In this document: positions 18,799 to 27,904 of the stretch, piece after piece
How positions within the stretch are numbered: the stretch's first letter is position 1
Layout: every line of letters begins with the position of its first letter
DNA from: Patescibacteria group bacterium
Lineage (GTDB): Bacteria > Patescibacteriota > WWE3 > UBA101185 > UBA10185
Length of the DNA stretch: 61,708 bases
Direction: 5' to 3'
Assembly: GCA_041658075.1 (NCBI GenBank)
Contig: JBBAAW010000003.1
Span: 1 to 61,708 of the forward strand
Notes under the pieces: model-generated
Told to the model about the DNA's origin: nothing
Seen by the model: the letters and a program-made list of their open reading frames with translations, nothing else
Databases searched by the model: none
Made by a program: the position numbers and the translations under genes

Positions 18799-20112
18799 AT
18801 GGCAAATAATGCACAATTTCCAACTATGACCTCTGCAATGGGGAGCTTTGATGAGTCGCATATGCGGTTATTACAGGTGGACGCAGGTATGGAAGTAAAA
18901 CTTACTTCCTTGGAACTTTCTAATCCAACAACTCCATATTCAGCAAGTTTTGAACGAGTGGGTAAGTTTTTGGGCGCGGGTGGTGAAAAAACCGCTTTTG
19001 AATACACAGATAGCAGGGGAAATCCCATGGTTTTGGCGCTAATGAATGCCTCAAGAAATCAAAGGGTAGGTTGTGCAAGTCTACCTGCAAATGTAGCTAT
19101 GAATGCTCGTATGGCAAACTATGTTAGCAGACCAGAGGATATGTTAAGAATGGTGGAAGACGCCAATGTGTTGCAACGGCAGTACGAAATAAAAGAATAT
19201 CACTACTTACAAATGCGAGACAGGTTTCCGGGCAAAGAAGCTATCGGAGATTTACAATTAACCCAGTTTAACGGGTTGGTTACGGCATTAAATGGGGGAA
19301 GACCTTTACACCCCGATACTTTTACTTATGCTCGTCCGGCTGAGTTTCAAGGTGGGGTTGTTGGTTATATAAATTACCTTACTGCTCATGTTAAAGGTCT
19401 AAACCCTAATTTGTTAATTGGAGAGCAGGTTTTTCCACAGATCTACTTGTATGGTGTTTTTAATGAAGCTGATGTAATGCCACAAGCCGTTGCTGCCCGT
19501 GCAGCTTTGCAAGCTAAGGAAAAGGGCAGGGATTTTAGCCCTAATCTAGCAAGGCGACCCTGGATGACCATGGAAAAATATTCTGCTACTTTAGACCAGA
19601 TTATCGACGATAGTCTGGATTATATTATGGCAGGTAGAAATCAAACAGATAGGTTTACGCGCATGCGCCAGGTGGTGGGGGAAAGGTTTCCGCTTGAGGC
19701 CATTCAGCAAATTATCGTAAATATGAACGTAGTTCATTCCTTAGGTTATTGCTTTGGAGACTTAAAATTGCCTAATATTGCGTTTAAGAGAAACGGCGAC
19801 GGTAAAACCCTAGGACTTATTGCTGATCCTGGACTGGTTAAAGAGGGCAAAAGGGTTCTGTATGCGTCAGAAGCCTACTTACCTCAAGGAAATTTTGATG
19901 TTCACACCCCGGAAGGACGAGTTGAGGTTAGGCATCCTGTAAGCGAGTTGCAGATAGGTAAATTAAGAGCTGCGCGGGATTTGGATAATTATGCTATGAG
20001 CGTTATAAGAGGAGCAATATTTGAAGGTATGAGTGATCCTTACGCGTTTGACGCGTTTTTAAAGAAATATCGTGAAATGAAACTAGCAAGTGCTAGAGGG
20101 AGTGAATTTTAA
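18799..20112 (+). CDS. hypothetical protein with protein-kinase-like catalytic-loop motifs
   Basis: 437 aa. G-rich loop FLGAGGEKTAFEY, HRD-like CFGDLKLPNIAF, DFG-like LIADPGL 22 aa later, and APE-like YASEAY. There is a large insert between the lobes and the VAIK lysine is unclear. Confidence 0.4.
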   Translation: MANNAQFPTMTSAMGSFDESHMRLLQVDAGMEVKLTSLELSNPTTPYSASFERVGKFLGAGGEKTAFEYTDSRGNPMVLALMNASRNQRVGCASLPANVAMNARMANYVSRPEDMLRMVEDANVLQRQYEIKEYHYLQMRDRFPGKEAIGDLQLTQFNGLVTALNGGRPLHPDTFTYARPAEFQGGVVGYINYLTAHVKGLNPNLLIGEQVFPQIYLYGVFNEADVMPQAVAARAALQAKEKGRDFSPNLARRPWMTMEKYSATLDQIIDDSLDYIMAGRNQTDRFTRMRQVVGERFPLEAIQQIIVNMNVVHSLGYCFGDLKLPNIAFKRNGDGKTLGLIADPGLVKEGKRVLYASEAYLPQGNFDVHTPEGRVEVRHPVSELQIGKLRAARDLDNYAMSVIRGAIFEGMSDPYAFDAFLKKYREMKLASARGSEF

Positions 20113-20128
20113 AAGGAGGTAAATCAAT

Positions 20129-21988
20129 ATGCCGTTTAAAATACTGGGATTGTCAAAAGGTGATGAAGGCCAAGGTAAGAAAAGTCAATTAGAAACAGAA
20201 ATTGAGAAAAGAGGACGAGCCGAACTGTCCCCCAGAAGGGATGTGGTTTCCGGTTCCGAGGTTAAAACATATAGAGACGAACGCGGCATCTTAGAATATC
20301 GCGAAGTTGACGCTGTAATTACAAGAAATTGCGAAATGGATCTAGTAAACGGGGCTTATATTATTGCGCCTAAAGAAGGTCGCAAATATTTAGAGGGTGG
20401 TGAGGCCAAAGTTTCGGTAATAGATACACCGGACGCTCGTATTGTGATGGTTTTTAGACCTTCAGATGAGCATTTTTCTCAAGATGGGATTGGTGTAAGT
20501 GTTGTTAAAGATATTGAGGGAGGGTTAAGAGTTGGTACAGCATTGTGCGACGGGAAAACCAGAGTTAAAGTATCTGCTGCACTGCCGAGTTATGTATCTT
20601 ATGGGGAAGATAGAGTGTATTACTCAAGAGCCGAACAGTATGCGGCATTTGCCTCAGGTTATTTTCCAAGAGCCTTAGCATTAGGTTTGAAACAAAATGC
20701 TCAAACTGGTCAATATGAAGGGAATTCGGCTAAAGTTGTTGCCGGAGCTTTAGGGGAGATAGACAAATTAAATTCTGACAGAACCATGCAGACCCCATAC
20801 GGTATGGAAAGAGAGGTAGGTGGGATGCCCTGGGGTACTACCACCGTTCAAATGAGTGCTATTAGAGTTCTGGGTGGTCAGATGGCGATAGAAGTTATGA
20901 ATATGGGCAAGGGGGATGATTTGGGTGAGAATGCTTTGTTACAATCCCCTGGAGCCGTTAGTAAAATGGGTAATACAGTTGGGGATAGGCCCTTAGAACT
21001 CGGCAGATTTGGAACACCGCAGGGTTTTAAGGCAGAAAGGCTTTTAGCAGCTTCCCGTGCTGGTACAAGAAGCGGTGTAGCAGTTGTTCCAGCGCAGGTC
21101 TTTGTGCAGGTTTCCGATGGTTTTAAGGTTCCTAAAGGTGGTATCAGAACAAACGGCGGGTTCGTTAGTTTAGAGCAGCTTCTGAGTCTACCTTCTGAAG
21201 ACGTTGTGGCCTTTTTGCAGCAAAACGCCACTTTAGCTTTTGGTAATGAAAAAGCTTCTCACGACGATGGAACTGTAATTGCTGTTGTTCCCAGAAGTGT
21301 TTTACAAAGGAACGGGTTTGATTATGTCAAGGCTTATGGACAAGTGAAGTTTTCTCAAGCCTCACCTGTTAAGGAGGGGATACCGTCTATTGTTCCAACA
21401 GCCTCAGCACAAGCTGCAGCTGAGAAAGCTAATGTTGTAGAGATTGCCCGATCTGAGGTTCTAAGTAATCTATCTCAAACCGCCGCGGGTGTGTTAGAAG
21501 AGGTTATAAGAGAAGCAGAGGCGGCTACCCCTGTAGAGATAGAGAATGCAGTGATGCAGAGCAATGGGATAGTGGCGGCTGCTTCTGGACCGTCTCCCGA
21601 AGAGGTTGCAGTTTCCGAGGTTCCTGAAGAAATACTAGTTAATCAGGATGTAGCAAAAGCTGCCACTCTGATTGCCCAAAGGCTAGGTGTGGCTATAGAA
21701 AGTCATCAATTAACTGGGGAATCTGGAGAAGTTTTTGTGCAGGTTGCTCAGTATTTGGAAGCAAAGATGTCTGAGCTTAAAGCCCTGATGGAGGCCGGAA
21801 TGGTTAAAGGTGTAGCCCCATTAGAACAGATGGCAAAACTTTTTGAAATCGAAATTGACTACAGAGCTGTCCAGACGGCTAAAAAGCTATTGAGAGTAAG
21901 GGGAAGACCGGGGTTTAAGGATAAGGTGGGTTCAAAACCGAACACGCAAAGTCCTTCTGCAGTCAAAGAGTCCGATCCTAAAGTGTAA
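20129..21988 (+). CDS. hypothetical protein, possible divergent PP2C-like N-terminal domain with acidic helical C-terminal half
   Basis: 619 aa. AAGGAGG SD; starts 16 nt after the kinase-like gene. Weak PP2C-like strings in the right order and spacing: RPSDEHF..QDGIG, VQVSDGF, HDDGTVIAVV. Confidence 0.3.
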   Translation: MPFKILGLSKGDEGQGKKSQLETEIEKRGRAELSPRRDVVSGSEVKTYRDERGILEYREVDAVITRNCEMDLVNGAYIIAPKEGRKYLEGGEAKVSVIDTPDARIVMVFRPSDEHFSQDGIGVSVVKDIEGGLRVGTALCDGKTRVKVSAALPSYVSYGEDRVYYSRAEQYAAFASGYFPRALALGLKQNAQTGQYEGNSAKVVAGALGEIDKLNSDRTMQTPYGMEREVGGMPWGTTTVQMSAIRVLGGQMAIEVMNMGKGDDLGENALLQSPGAVSKMGNTVGDRPLELGRFGTPQGFKAERLLAASRAGTRSGVAVVPAQVFVQVSDGFKVPKGGIRTNGGFVSLEQLLSLPSEDVVAFLQQNATLAFGNEKASHDDGTVIAVVPRSVLQRNGFDYVKAYGQVKFSQASPVKEGIPSIVPTASAQAAAEKANVVEIARSEVLSNLSQTAAGVLEEVIREAEAATPVEIENAVMQSNGIVAAASGPSPEEVAVSEVPEEILVNQDVAKAATLIAQRLGVAIESHQLTGESGEVFVQVAQYLEAKMSELKALMEAGMVKGVAPLEQMAKLFEIEIDYRAVQTAKKLLRVRGRPGFKDKVGSKPNTQSPSAVKESDPKV

Positions 21989-22007
21989 CGGTGTAAGCCC
22001 ATAGTAT

Positions 22008-22036
22008 TTGACATTAGGACGGTTTTACCCTATAAT
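22008..22036 (+). promoter_or_regulatory. perfect consensus promoter TTGACA-17-TATAAT
   Basis: TTGACA at 22008-22013 and TATAAT at 22031-22036. Preceded by CCCATAGTAT, identical to the 17686 copy. Confidence 0.7.
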
Positions 22037-22324
22037 TGTCGCATTATCCCTTATTGGTCTTTATTCCTGCCGGTTGATGTAAAGGCATAAATCTTGTGCT
22101 TTTAAATCAGCCTAATTTGGCTGTTTTGACAATTAAATGTTTTAGTCTACTTGGACCATTTTTCTCCTGTTGACGAGTTTGGATGCGGCTGTTCGCAAGT
22201 TGAGTATAAGCAGTTGTTTTATACGACTTTGCTTGTACCTGTCTTGCGAACAATCGCCGGTTGAAAAAAAAACCGAATTCTGAATCAGTAGATCAGTCAA
22301 ATGTCCAACAAGAGGGAGGACGAA

Positions 22325-23455
22325 ATGGTACTCACGAATCGGAGTACAATCTGGGCGATCGTAGTGGCTGTATTGTTTGGGGTAGTGGCTTTGGTGGCAG
22401 TTGCCGCCTTAGCTGGGTGGATCCAGCTGGGTTTACCTGCCACTGTTCCGACTCCCACCTATTTGATGGAGTCCAGCGCTTTAGCGGCAACGCCGACGCC
22501 CACATTCACGCCGGTGCCGCCGACAACGGTATTGCCCACGGTCGCGTTTACATTCACCCCGACGCCGACCTCGACGTTCACGCCGACGCCGACGAAGGTG
22601 GCGACGAAGGCTAACACGGCTACGGTTGAGTTTACGCCGACGCCGACGAAGGTGGCGACGACCGTCACCACGGTTATGTCCGACACGTTGCGTCCTGCGC
22701 TTTGGTTAGCGACCAACGGCCAGAAGTGTGAGTGGGGTGTGCCGTTGGGGACGATCTTAAGCGGGGAAAACGCTTCGTACGTCTTTACCAATTGCACCTC
22801 CTTCAACCTGAAGCCAGGAAAAACAGTCAGCTTCGACTGGACCTACAGTCGGGCAGATTATGAGTTCCTGCTCGAGGGAGAGGCAGGTGCGGAAGGAATC
22901 GCGTGGTGGGGACCCATGTCGGGAAGTACGGTGAGCGTTCGGTACAATGATGGACCGGTCTGCATAGGCAGATCCTTTGAGGTCCTGCCGGACGTGAGGA
23001 TCACTGGGGTGTTCACAAACGCTGCTGGCGTCACAAACGCAACCTGGTCGCAAGGCGATTGGGGAGTGAGCCTTAACAAGCTTTATCCGCCCGAATGCAG
23101 GCCCGGCAAGGTGACGACTGTCACGGTGAGCGCTCAGCCCACACCTAACTCGGCCGTCGTGCCAACGCCCAAGCCCGCGAGCCAGCCAACCGCTTCTGTC
23201 GTCCCGGTGGCTCCTGCCGCCGAATCTGCGATGCGCAAATTGACGCAGGCGACCTACGGGCCGATCAGCTTCAAAAGTGCCGAGCAGTTCGGAGTGCAGC
23301 ACATGGGAAACTGGGTGTTTCACGTCCGGGGGTGGACAATCGACATGGTGGCGAAAGATTTCGTCTGCACGTGGGTCGACTGGACCACCAGCGTCAAGGC
23401 TCCGCCGTGGAACGGTGATTACAAGATCACTTGCATGTGGAGCCCCACGAAGTAG
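22325..23455 (+). CDS. GC-rich membrane-anchored protein with PT linker (cassette C)
   Basis: The track ORF starts at 22301, but GAGGGAGGA SD favours ATG 22325. TM anchor IWAIVVAVLFGVVALVAVAALAGW, then a TPTPTFTP.../FTPTPTKVAT x2 linker, then a Cys/Trp-containing extracytoplasmic domain. The line 22561-22620 has 41/60 G+C. Confidence 0.6.
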   Translation: MVLTNRSTIWAIVVAVLFGVVALVAVAALAGWIQLGLPATVPTPTYLMESSALAATPTPTFTPVPPTTVLPTVAFTFTPTPTSTFTPTPTKVATKANTATVEFTPTPTKVATTVTTVMSDTLRPALWLATNGQKCEWGVPLGTILSGENASYVFTNCTSFNLKPGKTVSFDWTYSRADYEFLLEGEAGAEGIAWWGPMSGSTVSVRYNDGPVCIGRSFEVLPDVRITGVFTNAAGVTNATWSQGDWGVSLNKLYPPECRPGKVTTVTVSAQPTPNSAVVPTPKPASQPTASVVPVAPAAESAMRKLTQATYGPISFKSAEQFGVQHMGNWVFHVRGWTIDMVAKDFVCTWVDWTTSVKAPPWNGDYKITCMWSPTK

Positions 23456-23515
23456 ACATCATCACCCCGCCCTGGGAGGTCTTGACGCGAATCATGCGTA
23501 CGGCCAATGGGTTAG

Positions 23516-23573
23516 AATCCCTCACCAAGCTAAGTTTGTGGCAACAGCCATGGACATAGTAAGGTGAGGGATT
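23516..23573. terminator. 11-bp long-loop hairpin between convergent genes
   Basis: AATCCCTCACC (23516-23526) pairs with GGTGAGGGATT (23563-23573). Confidence 0.5.
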
Positions 23574-23590
23574 TTCGTATCTAATCTAGT

Positions 23591-25237
23591 CTAGTTTCCA
23601 AACAAATTCGGTTTCTTATTCCTAAACAAATAAACTTCTTCCCCGTTAGGTAATCTATACGATGCTTTTGACTCAAAATATGTGTCTCCTTGTTGCTGCA
23701 TAAATCGATTAATTTGCACCATCTTGTCGTAATGTCTTAAGTTCATATCCCCGGGGTTATAGGCTGTTACCACGTAATCGTAGGGATACAAGGCCCTCCT
23801 CATGCCCTCAGATCCATTCCCCAGGTCTAGGTAGTAAATGTCATAGCCGGCAGTGGTTTTGTAGTAGGTGCCTTTATTGATTTGCAGGGAATCAAAGTTA
23901 ATAGAGTTAAAGTAAGGGTAATCAACCACGAACATTATTTTTCCCGTTTTTGTCTTGTACTTATCTAAGTCGTTCACTAAATAATTAAACATGTTTGAGA
24001 TCTGCCAATCCTGAGCTTTAAAAGAGAGTTCGTTGGTAGCACCGTTTAGCCATTGGTATTTGTTAGTGGGGAAGGCATAGGCGTAGCCAATAAATCTTAG
24101 GTTTCTTGGTAACTGAGGTATTTGATTGAATGAGATGAACAGGAAGAGTATGCCAAGATATGTTATTAGTACAGGCTTCAGGATTTTTGAGATGAGACTG
24201 CCTTTGAGCGACATTAAGAAGAGAGTGAGAGAAGCCATAAAAAAGGGCAAAACCGGCATAATGTAACGCACGTCCTTGTTTTTAAGTAAGGTAAAACATA
24301 GCCATGGAAACAAAACAGAGAAGGCGAGGGTTTTAGCATAAGGAATTTTTTTGGCTATCGTAACGACTATGGATGCAAGAATAAGGATGAAGAATGGAAA
24401 AGATGTCTGGAAAGCAAAGGAAAGATAAAAATACTCCAAGACACCGGTAAGAGAAAATACATTCTGAGGGTCGTTGAGTTCACCTAAAGACGCCACTGAG
24501 CTGAAGAAGTTGAATATTGAGCTTTGGTTTATGGCGTACCAGGGAACAACGAGAAAAACGCTCAAGATTAATCCCTTTAATACATTTACAAGAGCGTATT
24601 GTTTGGTTTCGGTTTTGAACATGATAACGGTTTGTCCAAAGAAGGGAATTAAAAGGTACAAAAAGGCATACCATTTGGTAAGTTGTGCAAAAGAGGCCAG
24701 AAGGAAAAAAAGTATAGTGTGTTTCTTGCTTACAAAACCGTTTGATTTAAAAAGATAATACAATGATGCGATAATAAGAGCCGTTAGAGGTAGGTCCAGT
24801 TGGAAGAGCCTTGTTTCCGTAAAAACCTGCGGTGTTAATGCAAAAACTAAGCAGGAAAAAAGAGCAATGGTTTTGTCTTGAGTCAAGAGATGTGTCAGTT
24901 TAAACAGATAAACGAGTCCAAATATTAGAAACAAGAAAGTTAGGATAAGAGGGGAATTTAGTATTGGTATTAGTAAGTAAATTAAAGAGCCTGCTAAGTG
25001 CACAAACGGGGGATAGTAGCCGGAAAGAGTGGGGATTTCTGCTATTCGCAGCTCTTTAAACTTGTTGGCGTAAAGCATGGAGAGGTTAATGTGGGCGGCG
25101 CTATCCCATTTTTGTGGGGCGGTGTTTAAAATTTGGTACAGAATGCTCAGAGAGATAGTAAACCCAATCAATACCAGATAGACTGTTTGTTCCTTAGTAA
25201 ATTTAGTTAAAAAGTTGCGCATTGGTTTGAACCTCAA
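23591..25237 (-). CDS. polytopic membrane protein, GT-C (ArnT/PMT-like) glycosyltransferase candidate
   Basis: 548 aa. About 12 predicted TM helices followed by a soluble C-terminal domain of about 150 aa. Sits in a glycosyltransferase neighbourhood. Confidence 0.45.
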   Translation of the reverse strand: MRFKPMRNFLTKFTKEQTVYLVLIGFTISLSILYQILNTAPQKWDSAAHINLSMLYANKFKELRIAEIPTLSGYYPPFVHLAGSLIYLLIPILNSPLILTFLFLIFGLVYLFKLTHLLTQDKTIALFSCLVFALTPQVFTETRLFQLDLPLTALIIASLYYLFKSNGFVSKKHTILFFLLASFAQLTKWYAFLYLLIPFFGQTVIMFKTETKQYALVNVLKGLILSVFLVVPWYAINQSSIFNFFSSVASLGELNDPQNVFSLTGVLEYFYLSFAFQTSFPFFILILASIVVTIAKKIPYAKTLAFSVLFPWLCFTLLKNKDVRYIMPVLPFFMASLTLFLMSLKGSLISKILKPVLITYLGILFLFISFNQIPQLPRNLRFIGYAYAFPTNKYQWLNGATNELSFKAQDWQISNMFNYLVNDLDKYKTKTGKIMFVVDYPYFNSINFDSLQINKGTYYKTTAGYDIYYLDLGNGSEGMRRALYPYDYVVTAYNPGDMNLRHYDKMVQINRFMQQQGDTYFESKASYRLPNGEEVYLFRNKKPNLFGN

Positions 25238-27074
25238 AAATCACTATTCCGGAGTTTCTGTAAACCTCCTTAAATTTACTATATTTGTGTATAAAATCAA
25301 TAAAATCGTAGCCTTCCCAGTCAGATGGCTTAAGGTCATAAGGTTCCCAAACATTCCAATGTATACCCATTTTATTCTCATCGCTAGCCTTTTGCCATTC
25401 GGCAAACCTACCTCCAACCGCCAAAAGATACTTTTGAGGTGTTTCCTTGTTAAGTCCGTCTTTTATGGCCATGATTTTTAGAGCCATAGTTCTAGGGTCT
25501 CTGGTGTAATAGATATCGCTAAGTATTGCTCGAGTTTTTTCATCTGTATAAGCTCCACCGGGGGTGTTCACGCCGGACAATGCTTCTAGAATGTGCATAG
25601 TTACAGGATCGCTAATAAGTAAAACGTCTTTGTTGGCATAATTGTTGGCAAGGAATCGGGAGGCTCTAACTTCACTTGGCGATACATGAGTGGAAATATC
25701 TCTGTAAAACGGAACCTGTTTATAGGTAATGATGTTTACAATATAAATGGCGGCAAATGTGAGTATGAGCGTTATTAAACTTACGGCTTTAACAACTTTG
25801 CCGGATCTTTTTATTAATAGCCAGACCCCTAAAGCCATTAGAGTGTGAATAAAATATCTTGATACAGCGTATAACTTTGTGGAGTAGGGAATCGAGGCAA
25901 ACAGCAAGGAGAGACCCACAGCACAGAATAGAAGTAAGGCCTTATGGTTGTTTTTTCGGGTCAAAAGAACTACTAACATTCCCAGAGGCACAAGAATGTA
26001 AAAAGAAAGTCCATAAAAGCTCTTAGTATAAGCGTCCTTTTGCTCCAGGGTAAAATTAAAAAACTGCGCTTCGCCTCTGTTAAGCCAACTTAGATCAAGT
26101 TGGGAGGAGACGAGTGGCACGGCAAGCAGTACTAGGAGCGCAAATACAAAAAACCAGTCCTGCAGTTTTCTAGTTCTGTTAAAATTATTAAGTAGTAGAT
26201 AGACTGCAAGCATAAGGTACAAGGCTACTACGAAGGCTCCAATAATGAAGTGGTTTAGTACTATGAACGCAAGCAGAAGTAAATAATTAACTTTAAATAT
26301 TTTTTTGTCATTTTGATGTTGGGTGAATACCTTACTCAAAAAAACTGCTCCCAATGTTGCCGAGAGGTTTTGGGGAATTAAAAAGAGGGAAGTGTATGCT
26401 CCGTTTGCCTCAAAGACAAAAGCGCCTAGTAGAGCTGCAATTAAACCGCAGGTTTTGCTTTTGGTAAAAGAGTAGCCGACTATAAAAGAGACAAACACCG
26501 TAAAGGCTAAATGGAAGAACTCAACGAACCACCAATAGCTTAAAATATCAGACTGCACCAGTCTTTGTGATGTGACAAGTAGCGTGTGGAATATGGTGGT
26601 GTACCCTGCAAATTGAAAAGTGTCGGAAAGTCCTGTAGTAAGCACGGTGAAATTACCTCTTCCGATGATGTTCGCTAGGGTTTGGTGGTGATATAGATCC
26701 CAGTTTAAGGTCGCGTTTGTTGGAGAGTCTAGTTTCCAGAGTCCGTACGAGATTATTGCGAGGATAAACAGGAACAAGGTAATTAATAAGCGGTTCTTTG
26801 TTAACAAGTTCTTACTGAAAGTTCCACGCGTTATCCCCAAAACAATAAAGACAAAGAATGACAATAGTGCCGAGACGGCTATAAACATTGTTGTTGGCTT
26901 AATAAAATTAAGGGCAAAAATGGCGTATATAATTAAACTCCCAAAAGCAAAAGACTCGAAGACAAAGTACAAATTTAGGTGCTTTTTGTTAAACAAAAGA
27001 GTAAAAGATGTACCTAATAATATAGGAAGCAAGTAAAAGAGTGAACTAGATGTTAGAGCAAATAATGTGTTCAT
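25203..27074 (-). CDS. polytopic membrane protein, GT-C-like candidate
   Basis: 623 aa. Many TM helices plus a soluble C-terminal domain. Translationally coupled to its neighbours by overlaps. Confidence 0.4.
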   Translation of the reverse strand: MNTLFALTSSSLFYLLPILLGTSFTLLFNKKHLNLYFVFESFAFGSLIIYAIFALNFIKPTTMFIAVSALLSFFVFIVLGITRGTFSKNLLTKNRLLITLFLFILAIISYGLWKLDSPTNATLNWDLYHHQTLANIIGRGNFTVLTTGLSDTFQFAGYTTIFHTLLVTSQRLVQSDILSYWWFVEFFHLAFTVFVSFIVGYSFTKSKTCGLIAALLGAFVFEANGAYTSLFLIPQNLSATLGAVFLSKVFTQHQNDKKIFKVNYLLLLAFIVLNHFIIGAFVVALYLMLAVYLLLNNFNRTRKLQDWFFVFALLVLLAVPLVSSQLDLSWLNRGEAQFFNFTLEQKDAYTKSFYGLSFYILVPLGMLVVLLTRKNNHKALLLFCAVGLSLLFASIPYSTKLYAVSRYFIHTLMALGVWLLIKRSGKVVKAVSLITLILTFAAIYIVNIITYKQVPFYRDISTHVSPSEVRASRFLANNYANKDVLLISDPVTMHILEALSGVNTPGGAYTDEKTRAILSDIYYTRDPRTMALKIMAIKDGLNKETPQKYLLAVGGRFAEWQKASDENKMGIHWNVWEPYDLKPSDWEGYDFIDFIHKYSKFKEVYRNSGIVIFEVQTNAQLFN

Positions 27075-27904
27075 ATTTTAAGACCAAAATTATCAGCAAC
27101 CTCTATCTCTATGTAGGGTTTTTCTAAACCCCTACTAAGCACTTTGAATTCAATTAGGTTCTCCTCGAGGTTAAGTTTTGCAATCTCTTGATTATTGTTT
27201 TTTGCCTCAAATTTGAGGATTCCGTTTAAATCTCGATTAAAAACATATAAAGTCTTGCTATCTAGATATTCTCCGGGATTTTGGGCTGGCTTTAAATTTA
27301 AGCCTAAAGCATTATTAATGTCGTTTAGGGTGTCTGCGTCCGCACTCTGTGTGTAGACGAACCCATTCTCGTCAAAAATTATGTCGTCTTGACTAAAACT
27401 TAAAGTCATAAAAAGCGTTCTGGAATTAGAAAGGGTAAAGGTGTTTTTGCTTATAACAAAGGCAATTTTATTACCTTCGACTCTGCTACCCAAAACCAAT
27501 TCATTTTTATTGAAAGTAAAAGTGGCACTGGGATTTTGCAGTTTTAGATAGCTTAAAACGGTATGCAAAATAGTTTGGTATTTTTTTGATTGATCAAAAA
27601 TTAATTGCGACTCTTTGCTGTATATGGGAGTTTCCCATTTAATAAGGTTTTCCTTGTTTCCTTGTCCGTCCAAATAGTAAGCTTGGTAGGGTGACACATT
27701 ATAAAAGATTTTGGAATTTTGCTGAGTTAGGTACAGCCCGTAGTGATAAGGTCTAATAACAAAAAATCCTACTTTTTTGTAGATATCAAAATCTTTGGGG
27801 ATAACCACACCATACAAAAAGATTACGCAAAGAATGGGTATTGTTATAAGAGGGGAGTATTTTTGAATTGGTGATGATATTTTTTTTGGTATCTTAAATT
27901 TCAC
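27071..27904 (-). CDS. membrane-anchored hypothetical protein
   Basis: 277 aa with a single N-terminal TM helix. First gene of the minus-strand three-gene operon. Confidence 0.5.
   Translation of the reverse strand: MKFKIPKKISSPIQKYSPLITIPILCVIFLYGVVIPKDFDIYKKVGFFVIRPYHYGLYLTQQNSKIFYNVSPYQAYYLDGQGNKENLIKWETPIYSKESQLIFDQSKKYQTILHTVLSYLKLQNPSATFTFNKNELVLGSRVEGNKIAFVISKNTFTLSNSRTLFMTLSFSQDDIIFDENGFVYTQSADADTLNDINNALGLNLKPAQNPGEYLDSKTLYVFNRDLNGILKFEAKNNNQEIAKLNLEENLIEFKVLSRGLEKPYIEIEVADNFGLKI

Noticed and set aside
22261-23567. Alternative ORFs in cassette C (22261-22614 +, 22459-22806 -, 22757-23323 -, 22858-23079 -, 23277-23567 +)
   Set aside because: GC-driven open frames overlapping the better supported 22325-23455 CDS.
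24474-25481. Plus-strand ORFs 24474-24758 and 25215-25481 (and 24480-24674 -) inside the GT-C-like genes
   Set aside because: These are antisense or out-of-frame to long, coherent polytopic membrane ORFs. They have no SD and a low-complexity composition.
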